Below are positions 18,799 through 32,000 of a DNA stretch of 32,000 nucleotides, piece after piece (position 1 is the first letter of the stretch; every line of letters starts with the position of its first letter). Made by a program: the position numbers and the translations under genes. The notes under the pieces are model-generated. The model had not been told where the DNA came from. It ran no database searches and worked only from the letters and a program-made list of their open reading frames with translations. This DNA comes from Vibrio vulnificus CMCP6 (lineage in GTDB: Bacteria; Pseudomonadota; Gammaproteobacteria; Enterobacterales; Vibrionaceae): positions 2,956,104-2,988,103 of the forward strand of contig NC_004459.3 in assembly GCF_000039765.1 (NCBI RefSeq). Direction: 5' to 3'.

Positions 18799-20181
18799 TT
18801 ACTTGCGACGCCACGTTGTTCCTTCAGGGCCATCTTCAAGTACGATACCCATTTCGTTCAGCTTATCGCGCGCCATATCCGCGTTTGCCCAATCTTTCGC
18901 CGCACGAGAATCGTTACGCAGTTTGATCAGCGCTTCAATTTCTGCCACTTCATCATCATTGCCCGCGTCACCTTTCAAAAACGCGTCTGGATCTTGATGA
19001 AGAATGCCGATCACGTCAGCAAGCTCACGCATCAAGGCACCTAAAGCACTGGCGTTGGCCAGATCTTCCGTTTTCAATCGGTTGATCTCACGCGCCATAT
19101 CAAACAACACGGAATAGGCTTCCGGCGTGTTGAAATCGTCGTTCATTGCTGCGGTAAAGCGTGACACATACTCTTCACCACCTGCTGGCGCAGCCGAGAA
19201 ATCCAAACCACGCAGAGAAGTGTATAGGCGCTCTAGTGACGCGCGAGCTTGGTTGAGATTTTCTTCGCTGTAGTTAAGCTGGCTGCGGTAGTGACCCGAC
19301 ATTAGGAAGTAACGTACGGTTTCCGCATCATAGTGACCTAACACATCGCGAATAGTGAAGAAGTTACCTAGAGACTTAGACATCTTCTCTTTGTCGACCA
19401 TCACCATACCGCTGTGCATCCAAGTATTTACATACTGAGTGTCATGGGCACAGCAAGACTGAGCAATTTCGTTTTCGTGGTGAGGGAACTGAAGATCAGA
19501 GCCACCGCCGTGAATATCAAAATGATTACCAAGAATGGACGAGTTCATTGCCGAACATTCGATGTGCCAACCAGGACGACCTGGCCCCCATGGTGATTCC
19601 CATGTAGGCTCACCCGGCTTGGACATTTTCCAAAGTACGAAATCCAGAGGACAGCGTTTTGCTGTTTCTACATCGACGCGCGCGCCCGCTTGAAGCTGGT
19701 CAAGGTCTTGCTTAGAAAGCTTACCGTATTCGTCAAATTTATTGACTTCAAACATCACATCACCGTTGTCGGCGACATACGCAAAACCACGTTCAATCAG
19801 TCTTTCAACTAACTCAATGATTTCTTGAATGTATTGCGTTGCGCGCGGTTCCACATCTGGGCGCTTCATGTTTAGCGCATCGAAGTCAGCGTGCATTTCA
19901 CCGATCAAACGTTCGGTCAATGAATCACAGGTTTCACCGTTTTCCGCCGCACGTTTGATGATTTTGTCATCGATATCGGTAATGTTGCGCACAAACGTCA
20001 GATCGTAACCTAAATAGCGCAAGTAACGAGATACGACGTCAAAAGAGACAAATGTACGGCCATGACCGATGTGACAGAGATCGTAAATGGTAACTCCACA
20101 GACATACATACCGACTTTACCGGCTGTGATTGGTTTGAATTCCTCTTTCTGTCTTGTCAGTGTGTTATATATCTTCAACAT
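18799..20181 (-). CDS. cysS: Cysteinyl-tRNA synthetase
   Basis: [15 protein letters not shown]...[29 protein letters not shown]; KMSKSLGNF; 460 aa. Track start 20328 is an upstream extension. Confidence 0.96.
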   Translation of the reverse strand: MLKIYNTLTRQKEEFKPITAGKVGMYVCGVTIYDLCHIGHGRTFVSFDVVSRYLRYLGYDLTFVRNITDIDDKIIKRAAENGETCDSLTERLIGEMHADFDALNMKRPDVEPRATQYIQEIIELVERLIERGFAYVADNGDVMFEVNKFDEYGKLSKQDLDQLQAGARVDVETAKRCPLDFVLWKMSKPGEPTWESPWGPGRPGWHIECSAMNSSILGNHFDIHGGGSDLQFPHHENEIAQSCCAHDTQYVNTWMHSGMVMVDKEKMSKSLGNFFTIRDVLGHYDAETVRYFLMSGHYRSQLNYSEENLNQARASLERLYTSLRGLDFSAAPAGGEEYVSRFTAAMNDDFNTPEAYSVLFDMAREINRLKTEDLANASALGALMRELADVIGILHQDPDAFLKGDAGNDDEVAEIEALIKLRNDSRAAKDWANADMARDKLNEMGIVLEDGPEGTTWRRK

Positions 20182-20386
20182 GATCTCTATCTGTATATTG
20201 ATTGAACTAAAATGAATCGGCAGTATACCAACTACATTGTTTTTAGGTAATAACAATTCCGCTGAAAAACGATAATCGGCTAAACTTCCAACACAAAAGC
20301 GTAATTTGCTTAGTCCTTCGTTTTGCATGAGCCTTAACTTAGGCTAGAATTCTGACTTTAAACAAAACAGCACAAAGGAAAACAGC

Positions 20387-20881
20387 ATGATCACCCTTCA
20401 CACAAATTTTGGTGACATCAAGATTGAGCTAAATGCAGAAAAAGCACCAGAAACGAGCGCAAACTTTCTTCAATACTGCCGCGAAGGTTTTTACGACAAC
20501 ACCATTTTCCACCGTGTTATCGATGGTTTTATGATCCAAGGCGGTGGTATGGAGTCTGGTCTACGTGAGAAACCAACTCGCACGCCAATCAAAAACGAAG
20601 CGAACAACGGCCTAAGCAACAAAGTCGGTTCTATCGCGATGGCTCGTACTATGGACCCACACTCTGCTAGCTCACAGTTTTTCATTAACGTAAACAACAA
20701 CACATTTCTAGACTTCCGTAGCGAAAGCCTAGACGGTTGGGGTTACTGCGTGTTCGGTGAAGTTGTTGAAGGTATGGACGTGGTTAACAAAATCAAAGGC
20801 GTTAGCACAGGTTCTTACGGCATGCACCAAGACGTACCACTAGAAGAAGTGGTGATCACTGGCGCAACCATCGAAGAGTAA
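20387..20881 (+). CDS. ppiB: Peptidyl-prolyl cis-trans isomerase B (cyclophilin)
   Basis: [54 protein letters not shown]. Confidence 0.95.
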   Translation: MITLHTNFGDIKIELNAEKAPETSANFLQYCREGFYDNTIFHRVIDGFMIQGGGMESGLREKPTRTPIKNEANNGLSNKVGSIAMARTMDPHSASSQFFINVNNNTFLDFRSESLDGWGYCVFGEVVEGMDVVNKIKGVSTGSYGMHQDVPLEEVVITGATIEE

Positions 20882-20912
20882 TATTACTCATCACCTTTTG
20901 AGATAGGTTTAT

Positions 20913-20931
20913 GGGGAGGCTTAGCCTCCCC
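20913..20931 (+). terminator. GC-rich hairpin between ppiB and lpxH (terminator or attenuator-like)
   Basis: GGGGAGGC TTA GCCTCCCC followed by CTTGTTTCT; T tract is weak; immediately precedes the lpxH start codon. Confidence 0.5.
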
Positions 20932-20940
20932 CTTGTTTCT

Positions 20941-21672
20941 ATGACAACACTTTTTATTTCTGATTTACATCTTACTCCTTCTCGCACAGACATCACCGAG
21001 TGCTTTGTGCAATTTATGCGTAACGAAGCCGTGAACGCGGAAGCACTGTATGTGTTGGGTGACCTGTTCGAATTTTGGATCGGTGATGAAGATTGCACTC
21101 CCTTCGCCGAACGCATTCGCAACGAATTTAAAGCACTGACCACATCAGGTGTTCCCGTTTATTTTATTCAAGGCAATCGCGACTTCTTATTAGGTCAACG
21201 ATTCTGTCGTGAAACGGGAATAACACTCTTAGACGATGTCTGCACCATCGACCTTTATGGCGAAAAAGTGGTGATCCTTCACGGTGATACTCTATGCATT
21301 GACGATTTAAAATATCAAGAGTTTCGCAAAACGGTGCACCAGCGATGGCTGCAATGGATCTTCAAACGGATTCCTTGGTTTATTAAGAAACGAATCGTTG
21401 CCAAAGTACAGTCTGGCGTTCGTGATGATAAGCAACATAAGTCGCTCGAGATCATGGACGTGAACCAGCAAGAAGTCGCTCAAGTCATGTCTCAGTTTTG
21501 CGTCAAGTTGATGATTCATGGTCATACTCATCGCCCTAATATTCATCACTTCGAACACGATAATCTCCCGTTAACACGCATTGTGTTAGGCGATTGGTAT
21601 TCCCAAGGCTCTGTTTTAAAAGTTACTGCCGATGGATATTCGTTAGAACAACGCCCTTTTTTTACTGAGTGA
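20941..21672 (+). CDS. lpxH: UDP-2,3-diacylglucosamine diphosphatase
   Basis: [18 protein letters not shown]...[15 protein letters not shown]...[12 protein letters not shown]...[10 protein letters not shown]...[11 protein letters not shown]: metallophosphoesterase motifs of LpxH. Confidence 0.93.
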   Translation: MTTLFISDLHLTPSRTDITECFVQFMRNEAVNAEALYVLGDLFEFWIGDEDCTPFAERIRNEFKALTTSGVPVYFIQGNRDFLLGQRFCRETGITLLDDVCTIDLYGEKVVILHGDTLCIDDLKYQEFRKTVHQRWLQWIFKRIPWFIKKRIVAKVQSGVRDDKQHKSLEIMDVNQQEVAQVMSQFCVKLMIHGHTHRPNIHHFEHDNLPLTRIVLGDWYSQGSVLKVTADGYSLEQRPFFTE

Positions 21673-21779
21673 ATTATTACTACAACATCGCTAGCAAACT
21701 GTAACAATCGACATAGATCTTTTGGAAAAAGTCGCTATCATCAAATCTAAAGCACTTTAACAGAACAGAGTTCAGCAAA

Positions 21780-22994
21780 TTGAAGTATTCCTACGTTGCC
21801 AGACAACCCATTCTTGATCAAAACAGAAAAACCATTGGTTATGAATTGCTGTTTCGCGATGGTCCAAAAAATACCTTCCCCGAAGTTGAACCAGAGTTAG
21901 CGACCAGTCGCTTGCTCTCTGATCATTTCCTTTCCACTCACTACAGTACGCTTGGAAACAAACTCGGTTTTGTGAACTTTCCATACCAGAGCCTCATCAA
22001 CTTGGTACCAACGCTCTTTCCAAAAGAGAGCTTGGTGATTGAGATCCTGGAAGATTGTGAGCCAACCGATGAGCTCTACGAAGCCATTATCAAACTTCAC
22101 AAAGCGGGCTACCACATCGCATTGGATGATTTCGTTCCTAATCGCGCGTGGAAACGCTTCTTGCCTTATATCCATATCATTAAGTTTGATATTCGCATCG
22201 TTCCTATTGAAAAAGCCGCTCAGTTTATTGCCTCACTACGTAAACTGAAAATCAAATTTTTGGCTGAAAAAGTCGAAACTTACCAAGAATTTGAACAAGC
22301 GATCAAAGCTGGATTTGATTATTTTCAAGGGTACTTCTTTAGCCGCCCTGAAATGATTCAAAAGAGAAGAATTAACCCGTCTTTTTTAACGGTCGTTCAG
22401 CTGTGTAAAGAGATTGCAGATGAGCCCATCGATTTTAATGAAGTGGAACGTCTATTTTCTATTGATGTCACGCTTTCCTATAAGTTGATGACTTACGTAA
22501 ACTCAGGCTACACCCTTACGGCAAAGATAAAGTCTTTCCGCCAAGCTTTGATCTATTTGGGTGAGGAAAAACTGCGCCGATTTATTTCACTGGTCGCGGT
22601 GGCGTCCGTTCACGAAGATAAACCAGACTCACTCTATTCGTTAGCCGTTCAACGCGCGCGAGCTTGTGAACTGCTATTAGGGCATATGTCGTCCAAGTAC
22701 GATCCTGGACAAGCTTTCCTGACCGGGCTTTTTTCTCTGCTTGATTCGTTGCTAGACCAGCCTCTCGGTGACATTATCGAAGACATTCCTGTTGATGAAG
22801 AGATCAAACTGGCACTCAGCGAGCGCTCTGGCCAACTTGGGATGATACTGTCCACCATCACCGCTTATGAACAAGCAAATTGGGAGCTGGCGAGTCAGTA
22901 TCAGCAACAGCTGGGGATCTCCGAACATCAGTTGTGTATGGCCTATAGTAAAGCAACCGAGTGGACACAAGAATTGCTGTCGCAGACACCGTAA
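21780..22994 (+). CDS. EAL and HDOD domain protein (YuxH-like), likely signalling
   Basis: YVARQPILDQNRKTIGYELLFRDG; YHIALDDFVPNRAWKRFLPYIHIIKFDIR; ALIYLGEEKLRRFISLVAVASV (HDOD). Confidence 0.88.
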   Translation: MKYSYVARQPILDQNRKTIGYELLFRDGPKNTFPEVEPELATSRLLSDHFLSTHYSTLGNKLGFVNFPYQSLINLVPTLFPKESLVIEILEDCEPTDELYEAIIKLHKAGYHIALDDFVPNRAWKRFLPYIHIIKFDIRIVPIEKAAQFIASLRKLKIKFLAEKVETYQEFEQAIKAGFDYFQGYFFSRPEMIQKRRINPSFLTVVQLCKEIADEPIDFNEVERLFSIDVTLSYKLMTYVNSGYTLTAKIKSFRQALIYLGEEKLRRFISLVAVASVHEDKPDSLYSLAVQRARACELLLGHMSSKYDPGQAFLTGLFSLLDSLLDQPLGDIIEDIPVDEEIKLALSERSGQLGMILSTITAYEQANWELASQYQQQLGISEHQLCMAYSKATEWTQELLSQTP

Positions 22995-23069
22995 CTCGTT
23001 ATAATGACAAACAACCCCACAACAGTGGGGTTGTTTGTTTTATCGCTTTATTTGCTGAGATTTCAATTT

Positions 23070-23573
23070 ATGGCTGCTTCTTGTCCTTGCGGATCAAACC
23101 GTACCTATGCTCTGTGTTGTAAAATTGCCCATAAGCATCACGCCAATGTGATCACACCGGAACAACTGATGCGTTCTCGTTACAGTGCCCACGTATTGGG
23201 ATTGGTCGATTACGTTGTGAATACCTACCACCCAAGCTGCCATGCCGAAGAACAGCGCGAAGGCATCGCGGAATCCATTGAGAATGATTGGTGCAAGCTT
23301 GAAGTGGTTAAAGCAGAAGTAGGCAGCAACGAGAATGAAGGCTTTGTTGAGTTCAACGCTTACTTTGATGAAGACGGTAAACGCTACTGTATGACCGAAC
23401 GCTCTCGCTTTGTGAAAGAAGACGGGCTTTGGTATTACATTGATGGCACTTTTCCTGAAGACGAGCCGGAGCCAGATCCGCGTTTAAATCAATCTGTAAG
23501 TAGCTTGAAAGTGGGCCGCAACGATCCGTGTATCTGTGGCAGCGGTAAGAAATTTAAGAAATGTTGTGGGTAA
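23070..23573 (+). CDS. YchJ-family protein with two SEC-C-type cysteine motifs
   Basis: [17 protein letters not shown] at the N-terminus and [20 protein letters not shown] at the C-terminus. Track start at 23004 is an upstream extension. Confidence 0.85.
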   Translation: MAASCPCGSNRTYALCCKIAHKHHANVITPEQLMRSRYSAHVLGLVDYVVNTYHPSCHAEEQREGIAESIENDWCKLEVVKAEVGSNENEGFVEFNAYFDEDGKRYCMTERSRFVKEDGLWYYIDGTFPEDEPEPDPRLNQSVSSLKVGRNDPCICGSGKKFKKCCG

Positions 23574-23590
23574 GAGCCAAGGGAAAACAA

Positions 23591-23667
23591 GGTTCTAGGT
23601 TCTAGGTTCTAGGTTCTAGGTTCTAGGTTCTAGGTTCTAGGTTCTAGGTTCTAGGTTCTAGGTTCTA
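23591..23667. repeat. Perfect heptanucleotide tandem repeat (GGTTCTA)x11
   Basis: 77 nt counted directly as 11 uninterrupted copies. Confidence 0.97.
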
Positions 23668-23730
23668 AAAAACCTTAAATCTTTCCTTTCCGTAAGTAAA
23701 GCGCCCTGAATTCCATAACTCTTTCTAAAA

Positions 23731-23758
23731 AACGAAGTGCGCAGAGTCCCTGCGCACT
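23731..23758 (-). terminator. Terminator of the his operon
   Basis: AGTGCGCAG agtcc CTGCGCACT; minus strand continues TCGTTTTTT. Confidence 0.85.
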
Positions 23759-23804
23759 CTCTACTAGGGCCCTAATCCCTATCAACCTTGACCTTGTCTC
23801 TATC

Positions 23805-24436
23805 TTACTTATGACGCTCTTTAAGCTTATTGATAACGTCATTCATCGATAGGCCTTGGTCTTGCAGCAATACCAGCAAGTGGTAAATCAAGTCTGCCGA
23901 TTCACACACTAACTCCGCCTTATCGCCCGACGTCGCCGCAAGCGCGACTTCAACGCCTTCTTCGCCCACTTTCTGCGAAATACGCTTGGTACCACGAGCA
24001 TACAGACTGGCAGTATAAGAGGAATCTGGACCGGCACTCTTGCGGGCAGCCAGTAGCTGCTCAAGTTGATGAAGCCACACCATTTGTGATTCTTCCTGTG
24101 GATCACCATCCCAGCAAGTGGTCGTGCCCGTATGACACGTCGGCCCAATTGGGTTGACTTTCACTAACAGTGTGTCGTTATCACAATCCAACGACATGTT
24201 CACCAATTGCAGTACGTTACCTGACGTTTCCCCTTTGGTCCAAAGACGTTCTTTGGTACGAGAGAAAAACGTTACTTGGCCAGTTTCACCCGTTTTCACC
24301 AAGGCTTCTTGGTTCATGTAACCCATCATCAGCACTTGGCTCGATTGGAAATCTTGTACGATGGCAGGTACCAGACCGTCCACCTTCTCCCAGTTGATTC
24401 GCTCAGCGAGCGAGCTGACTTCGGCGGTTTTAAAAC

Positions 24437-24440
<4 letters not shown>
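23805..24440 (-). CDS. hisIE: Bifunctional phosphoribosyl-AMP cyclohydrolase / phosphoribosyl-ATP pyrophosphatase
   Basis: [42 protein letters not shown]; C-terminal [20 protein letters not shown]. Confidence 0.95.
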
Positions 24441-25941
<1,501 letters not shown>

Positions 25942-26556
25942 TTATAATTCTAAGAAGTTTTGAATAAGCTTCGCGCCCGCTTTTGAAGAACGCTCTGGAT
26001 GGAACTGCACACCGTAGTAGTTACCACTTTGTACTGCCGCTGTGAACGAGTTGCCGTATTCACATTCAGCAATGGTGTAGTCCCCAACTGGCATTGCAAA
26101 ACTGTGCACGAAGTAGAAGTACTCACCTTCTTCAATACCTTTGAACAGTGGGTTACCTGCTTTTGCAGACACCGTGTTCCAACCCATATGCGGCAGCGGT
26201 AAGTCGCCAGTTTGTAGCAGTTTCACTTCACCGTCACAAAGTCCAAGACACTCAACTAACTCGTCGGCTTTCTGCCCTTTCTCTTGAGATACTTTGCCCA
26301 ACAGTTGCATGCCTAAACAGATACCGAGCAGCGGCTTCTCTACCTGTTTTACCAAGCTGATCAGATCGCGCTCTTCTAGGTTCTTCATCGCTTCACTGGC
26401 GGTGCCCACCCCCGGTAGAAATAGCTTGTCAGCCGACAATACCACTTGTGGATCTTTTGAAATCGTCACGTCATAGCCTAGGCGTTCAATGGCAAACTTC
26501 ACCGAAGAAACGTTGGCACAGCCAGTATCGATAATGACAACTTTCTGTTCTGTCAC
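25942..26556 (-). CDS. hisH: Imidazole glycerol phosphate synthase glutaminase subunit
   Basis: [22 protein letters not shown]; [11 protein letters not shown]; [11 protein letters not shown]. Confidence 0.96.
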   Translation of the reverse strand: MTEQKVVIIDTGCANVSSVKFAIERLGYDVTISKDPQVVLSADKLFLPGVGTASEAMKNLEERDLISLVKQVEKPLLGICLGMQLLGKVSQEKGQKADELVECLGLCDGEVKLLQTGDLPLPHMGWNTVSAKAGNPLFKGIEEGEYFYFVHSFAMPVGDYTIAECEYGNSFTAAVQSGNYYGVQFHPERSSKAGAKLIQNFLEL

Positions 26557-26582
26557 TGTTTTTCTCCTTGCTTACGCTCGTC

Positions 26583-27656
26583 TTACAGCACGCCTTTACT
26601 ACTTGGTAGCTCAGTGCCTTCTACTTTGATTGCTTGGCGCAGAGTACGACCAAACGCTTTGAATAGACTTTCAATGATGTGGTGATCATTGTTGCCCGCA
26701 GAAGAAAGGTGCAGCGTACACGCTAGGGTATCCGTCAAAGAACGGAAGAAGTGAACCACCATCTCAGTGGATAAGTCACCGACCTGCTCACGGCTGAACT
26801 GCGCGTCAAACTTAAGGTAAGGACGACCAGATAGGTCTAGTGCACATTGTGCCAAGCACTCGTCCATTGGCAGGCTGAAGCCAAAGCGGCCAATACCACG
26901 CTTGTCACCCAGTGCTTCTTTCAATGCTTGCCCCAGCGCGAGAGCGGTATCTTCTACCGTGTGGTGATCATCAATATGCAAGTCACCTTCCACTTTGCAC
27001 ACCATCTGGAAGCCACCGTGAGTGGCGATTTGATCTAACATGTGGTCGAAGAAACCAAGACCGGTTGATATCGCGTTACCGCCTTGTTCATCAAGATTAA
27101 CGAATACTTTGATGTCCGTTTCTTTCGTGGTGCGAACCACTTCAGCAACACGCGCTTTCACCGTCAGATCTTTCAGGATCCGTTTCCAACCCATGATTTC
27201 TGGGTTGTATTGAATGCCACGAATGGCCATGTTCTCTGCAAGTTGAAGATCGGTTTGACGATCGCCAATCACGAACGAGTTCTGGAAATCCACTTTACCC
27301 GCTTGAAGGTACTCTTTTACTAAGCCCAATTTCGGTTTGCGACAAGAGCAATTGTCTTTTTCAAAGTGAGGACAGATCAGAACATCATCAAATTTCACAC
27401 CTTGAGATTCAAAGATCTCCATCATCATATTGTGTGGAGCATCAAAATCTTCTTGCGGATAGCTGTCTGTTCCAAGGCCGTCTTGGTTGGTGACCATCAC
27501 TAGACGGTATCCTGCATCTTGTAACGACAACAGGCTTGGGATAACAAATGGCTCTAGTTTTAGCTTATCTAAACGGTCTACTTGAAAATCGACAGGTGGT
27601 TCCACGATCAAAGTGCCGTCACGGTCGATAAAAAGGATTTTTTGTTGTTTGCTCAC
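26583..27656 (-). CDS. hisB: Bifunctional histidinol-phosphatase / imidazoleglycerol-phosphate dehydratase
   Basis: N-terminal HAD phosphatase [11 protein letters not shown]; C-terminal IGPD domain [27 protein letters not shown]. Confidence 0.97.
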
Positions 27657-27725
27657 TCGAACTTCCTTATTGCTATTCTTTTGGCGCTCTCGCTGTTTAG
27701 CGAGTGCAATTCATTCTTTCTCTAC

Positions 27726-30075
<2,350 letters not shown>

Positions 30076-30080
30076 GAGCC

Positions 30081-30977
30081 TTACTCCATCATTTTTTCAA
30101 TTGGTAGAACAAGAATAGAGCTCGCGCCAAGTTCTTTGAGCTGTTCCATCGTTTCCCAGAATAGGTTTTCTGTACTCACCAAGTGGACGGCCACTCGTTG
30201 TTTCTCTGCAGACAGTGGTAACACGGTTGGATCTTCCGCCCCAGGCAACAGTGCTTTGATCTGTTCTAGCTTATCAACTGGAGCATGTAGCATGATGTAT
30301 TTGGATTCTTTGGCTTGCTGAACGCCTTGCATACGCGTTAACAGCTTCTCGATAAGCGCTTGCTTGTCTTGGGCAAACTCACCTGAACGTTGAATAAGTG
30401 TTGCTTTCGATTGGAAAATAACCTCAGCCTCTTTTAGGCCATTGGCTTCAAGTGTTGCGCCTGTTGAAACCAAATCAGCGATTGCGTCCGCCAAACCAGC
30501 ACGAGGCGCAACTTCAACAGAGCCTGTCAGCATACAGGTTGAGAAAGGCACACCTTGTCGATCCATATACGCTTTGAGCAGTTGTGGGTAAGTCGTCGCA
30601 ATACGTTTCCCAGCAAGATCTTGAGGGCCATTGTATTTTTCATCTTTATCAATCGCGATGGACAAACGACATCCACCAAAATCTAGACGACTCAAGGTTT
30701 CAAATTGACAAGCATCACCAGTGGCTTTGCGCTCTAGACGCACTTCTTCCAGCACGTTTTCACCGATAAAACCAAGGTCAACAACGCCATCCATGATCAG
30801 CCCTGGGATGTCATCATCACGAACTAATAACAGATCAATTGGCATATTTTCTGAGTGCACGACTAAACGCTCACCCATAATATTGAATTTAACGCCACAC
30901 TTTTTTAAGAGCCCTTGGCACTCTTCACTCAGTCGGCCTTTTTTCTGAATTGCAATTCTTAAGCGTTGTGTTTGCAT
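30081..30977 (-). CDS. hisG: ATP phosphoribosyltransferase (long form)
   Basis: [28 protein letters not shown]; [16 protein letters not shown]. Track start at 30998 is upstream of the likely start. Confidence 0.95.
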   Translation of the reverse strand: MQTQRLRIAIQKKGRLSEECQGLLKKCGVKFNIMGERLVVHSENMPIDLLLVRDDDIPGLIMDGVVDLGFIGENVLEEVRLERKATGDACQFETLSRLDFGGCRLSIAIDKDEKYNGPQDLAGKRIATTYPQLLKAYMDRQGVPFSTCMLTGSVEVAPRAGLADAIADLVSTGATLEANGLKEAEVIFQSKATLIQRSGEFAQDKQALIEKLLTRMQGVQQAKESKYIMLHAPVDKLEQIKALLPGAEDPTVLPLSAEKQRVAVHLVSTENLFWETMEQLKELGASSILVLPIEKMME

Positions 30978-31023
30978 GACATTGTCCCTGTGCTTCAATT
31001 TGAAAATGATGAAAGTGAAAACT

Positions 31024-31135
31024 AAAAAACCCTCGAGAGATGTTGGTCTCCCGAGGGTTTAAAATCTGAATTTGATGATTTTCACCTCCGGGAGTTTCCT
31101 ATCTCCCGGGTATGCGTACATCTCCCGAAAGACTA
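31024..31135 (-). promoter_or_regulatory. his operon attenuator (terminator plus competing hairpin elements)
   Basis: On the minus strand: AAACCCTCGGGAGA-ccaaca-TCTCTCGAGGGTTTTTT terminator, preceded by repeated CGGGAG/CTCCCG elements capable of alternative pairing, just after the leader ORF. Confidence 0.85.
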
Positions 31136-31165
31136 GACTGGGTGATGATGGTGATGAATGTTCAT
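31133..31165 (-). CDS. hisL: His leader peptide MNIHHHHHPV (or longer MRNFVMNIHHHHHPV)
   Basis: Five consecutive His codons (cat cac cat cat cac) and Pro immediately upstream of the attenuator. Confidence 0.85.
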   Translation of the reverse strand: MNIHHHHHPV

Positions 31166-31287
31166 TACAAAATTACGCATACTTATATAGGCTCTTAGCT
31201 TGATTGCTTCGTTGATAACCACACTAACTAAGCTTCCCTTATTTTGCAACACTTTATTTAAAAAAATATCAATTTGTATAAGACAAA

Positions 31288-31313
31288 TAAAAAGGGTAGA
31301 CGAAGCCACCCTT
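31288..31313 (-). terminator. Terminator downstream of the antiporter gene
   Basis: On the minus strand: AAAGGGTGGC ttc GTCTACCCTTTTT. Confidence 0.65.
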
Positions 31314-31337
31314 TCAAAGTTCATATAAATGAAGACG

Positions 31338-32000
31338 TTACGCTTGTTGGCAAGACTCAATCTTTGCTTTTGACAACCAAGAGAGGATTGCACAAACGAT
31401 GATGAATGCCATGGTTGCAGCCGCTAGTGAGAACATAACGGAAGCGGTCATACCCAATACAACGAAACCAATACAAGAAACCAACGCCACTGCAAGTGCA
31501 TAAGGTAACTGAGTCGCTACGTGGTCAATATGATGACAACGAGCGCCCGTTGAAGAAAGAATCGTCGTATCAGAAATCGGTGAACAGTGATCACCAAAAA
31601 CAGAACCAGCTAATACTGCACTTAGCATAGGAAGCATAAGAGCGATATCTGTCGCACCCGCCATATCACCCGCGATAGGTAGCATAATACCAAACGTGCC
31701 CCACGATGTTCCGGTAGAAAACGCCATCAAACCAGAAAGCAGGAATAGAATCACAGGTAGCCAATGAGGGTTAATATTGCCTTGTGCCATGGTAGACAAG
31801 TAGCTACCCGTTTTCATGTCGCCAATAACCGAACCGATAGTCCAAGCGAAAATCAGAATAAGGATTGCACCAAACATCGATTTAGCACCGATCCATAAAG
31901 TGCGAGCAATTTCTGCAACTGGAAGACCTTGTTTGAACACGGTGAACAAGGCCACAGCCAAACCAACCAGACCACCATAAATAAGCGATGTACCTACGTT
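31338..32000 (-). CDS. Na+/H+ antiporter NhaC family, C-terminal part (start outside window)
   Basis: Frame is open to the window end beyond the track start at 31961. FSTGTSWGTFGIMLPIAGDMA and GSVFGDHCSPISDTTILSSTGA are NhaC-type signatures. Confidence 0.85.
   Translation of the reverse strand, partial: NVGTSLIYGGLVGLAVALFTVFKQGLPVAEIARTLWIGAKSMFGAILILIFAWTIGSVIGDMKTGSYLSTMAQGNINPHWLPVILFLLSGLMAFSTGTSWGTFGIMLPIAGDMAGATDIALMLPMLSAVLAGSVFGDHCSPISDTTILSSTGARCHHIDHVATQLPYALAVALVSCIGFVVLGMTASVMFSLAAATMAFIIVCAILSWLSKAKIESCQQA

Noticed and set aside
23591-23667. CRISPR array
   Set aside because: The repeat unit is 7 bp with no spacers; it is a simple tandem repeat.

Overview
This 32 kb window looks like chromosomal core or near-core DNA from a Vibrio-like gammaproteobacterium (assigned from protein content, not from a search). 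From left to right it contains: the 3' part of a putative Mn/arsenic-type permease; a GH36-like alpha-galactosidase; a sulfotransferase; an outer-membrane porin; a frame-disrupted small gene resembling DUF6795; a TMAO respiration operon torE-torC-torA; a FetB-like permease without an adjacent ATPase; a formate/nitrite channel (FocA family); a coiled-coil lipoprotein; a PACE-type efflux gene divergent from a LysR regulator; an SDR protein and a YdcF-like protein; tdk, cysS, ppiB and lpxH; an EAL/HDOD protein; a YchJ-like protein; a complete his operon (hisG-D-C-B-H-A-F-IE, minus strand) with a leader peptide and attenuator; and the C-terminal part of an NhaC-family antiporter. I found no CRISPR array, transposase, prophage module, toxin/antitoxin pair or recognisable new multi-gene defence system. 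The points most worth a second look are: a perfect head-to-head pair of consensus DnaA boxes at 11579-11605; a small ORF with a good Shine-Dalgarno and an internal TAG at 11714-11836; the -1-frame split of the DUF6795-like gene at a short A run; an 11-copy perfect (GGTTCTA) array; and an unassigned 8-bp-arm palindrome in the GH36/sulfotransferase intergenic region.
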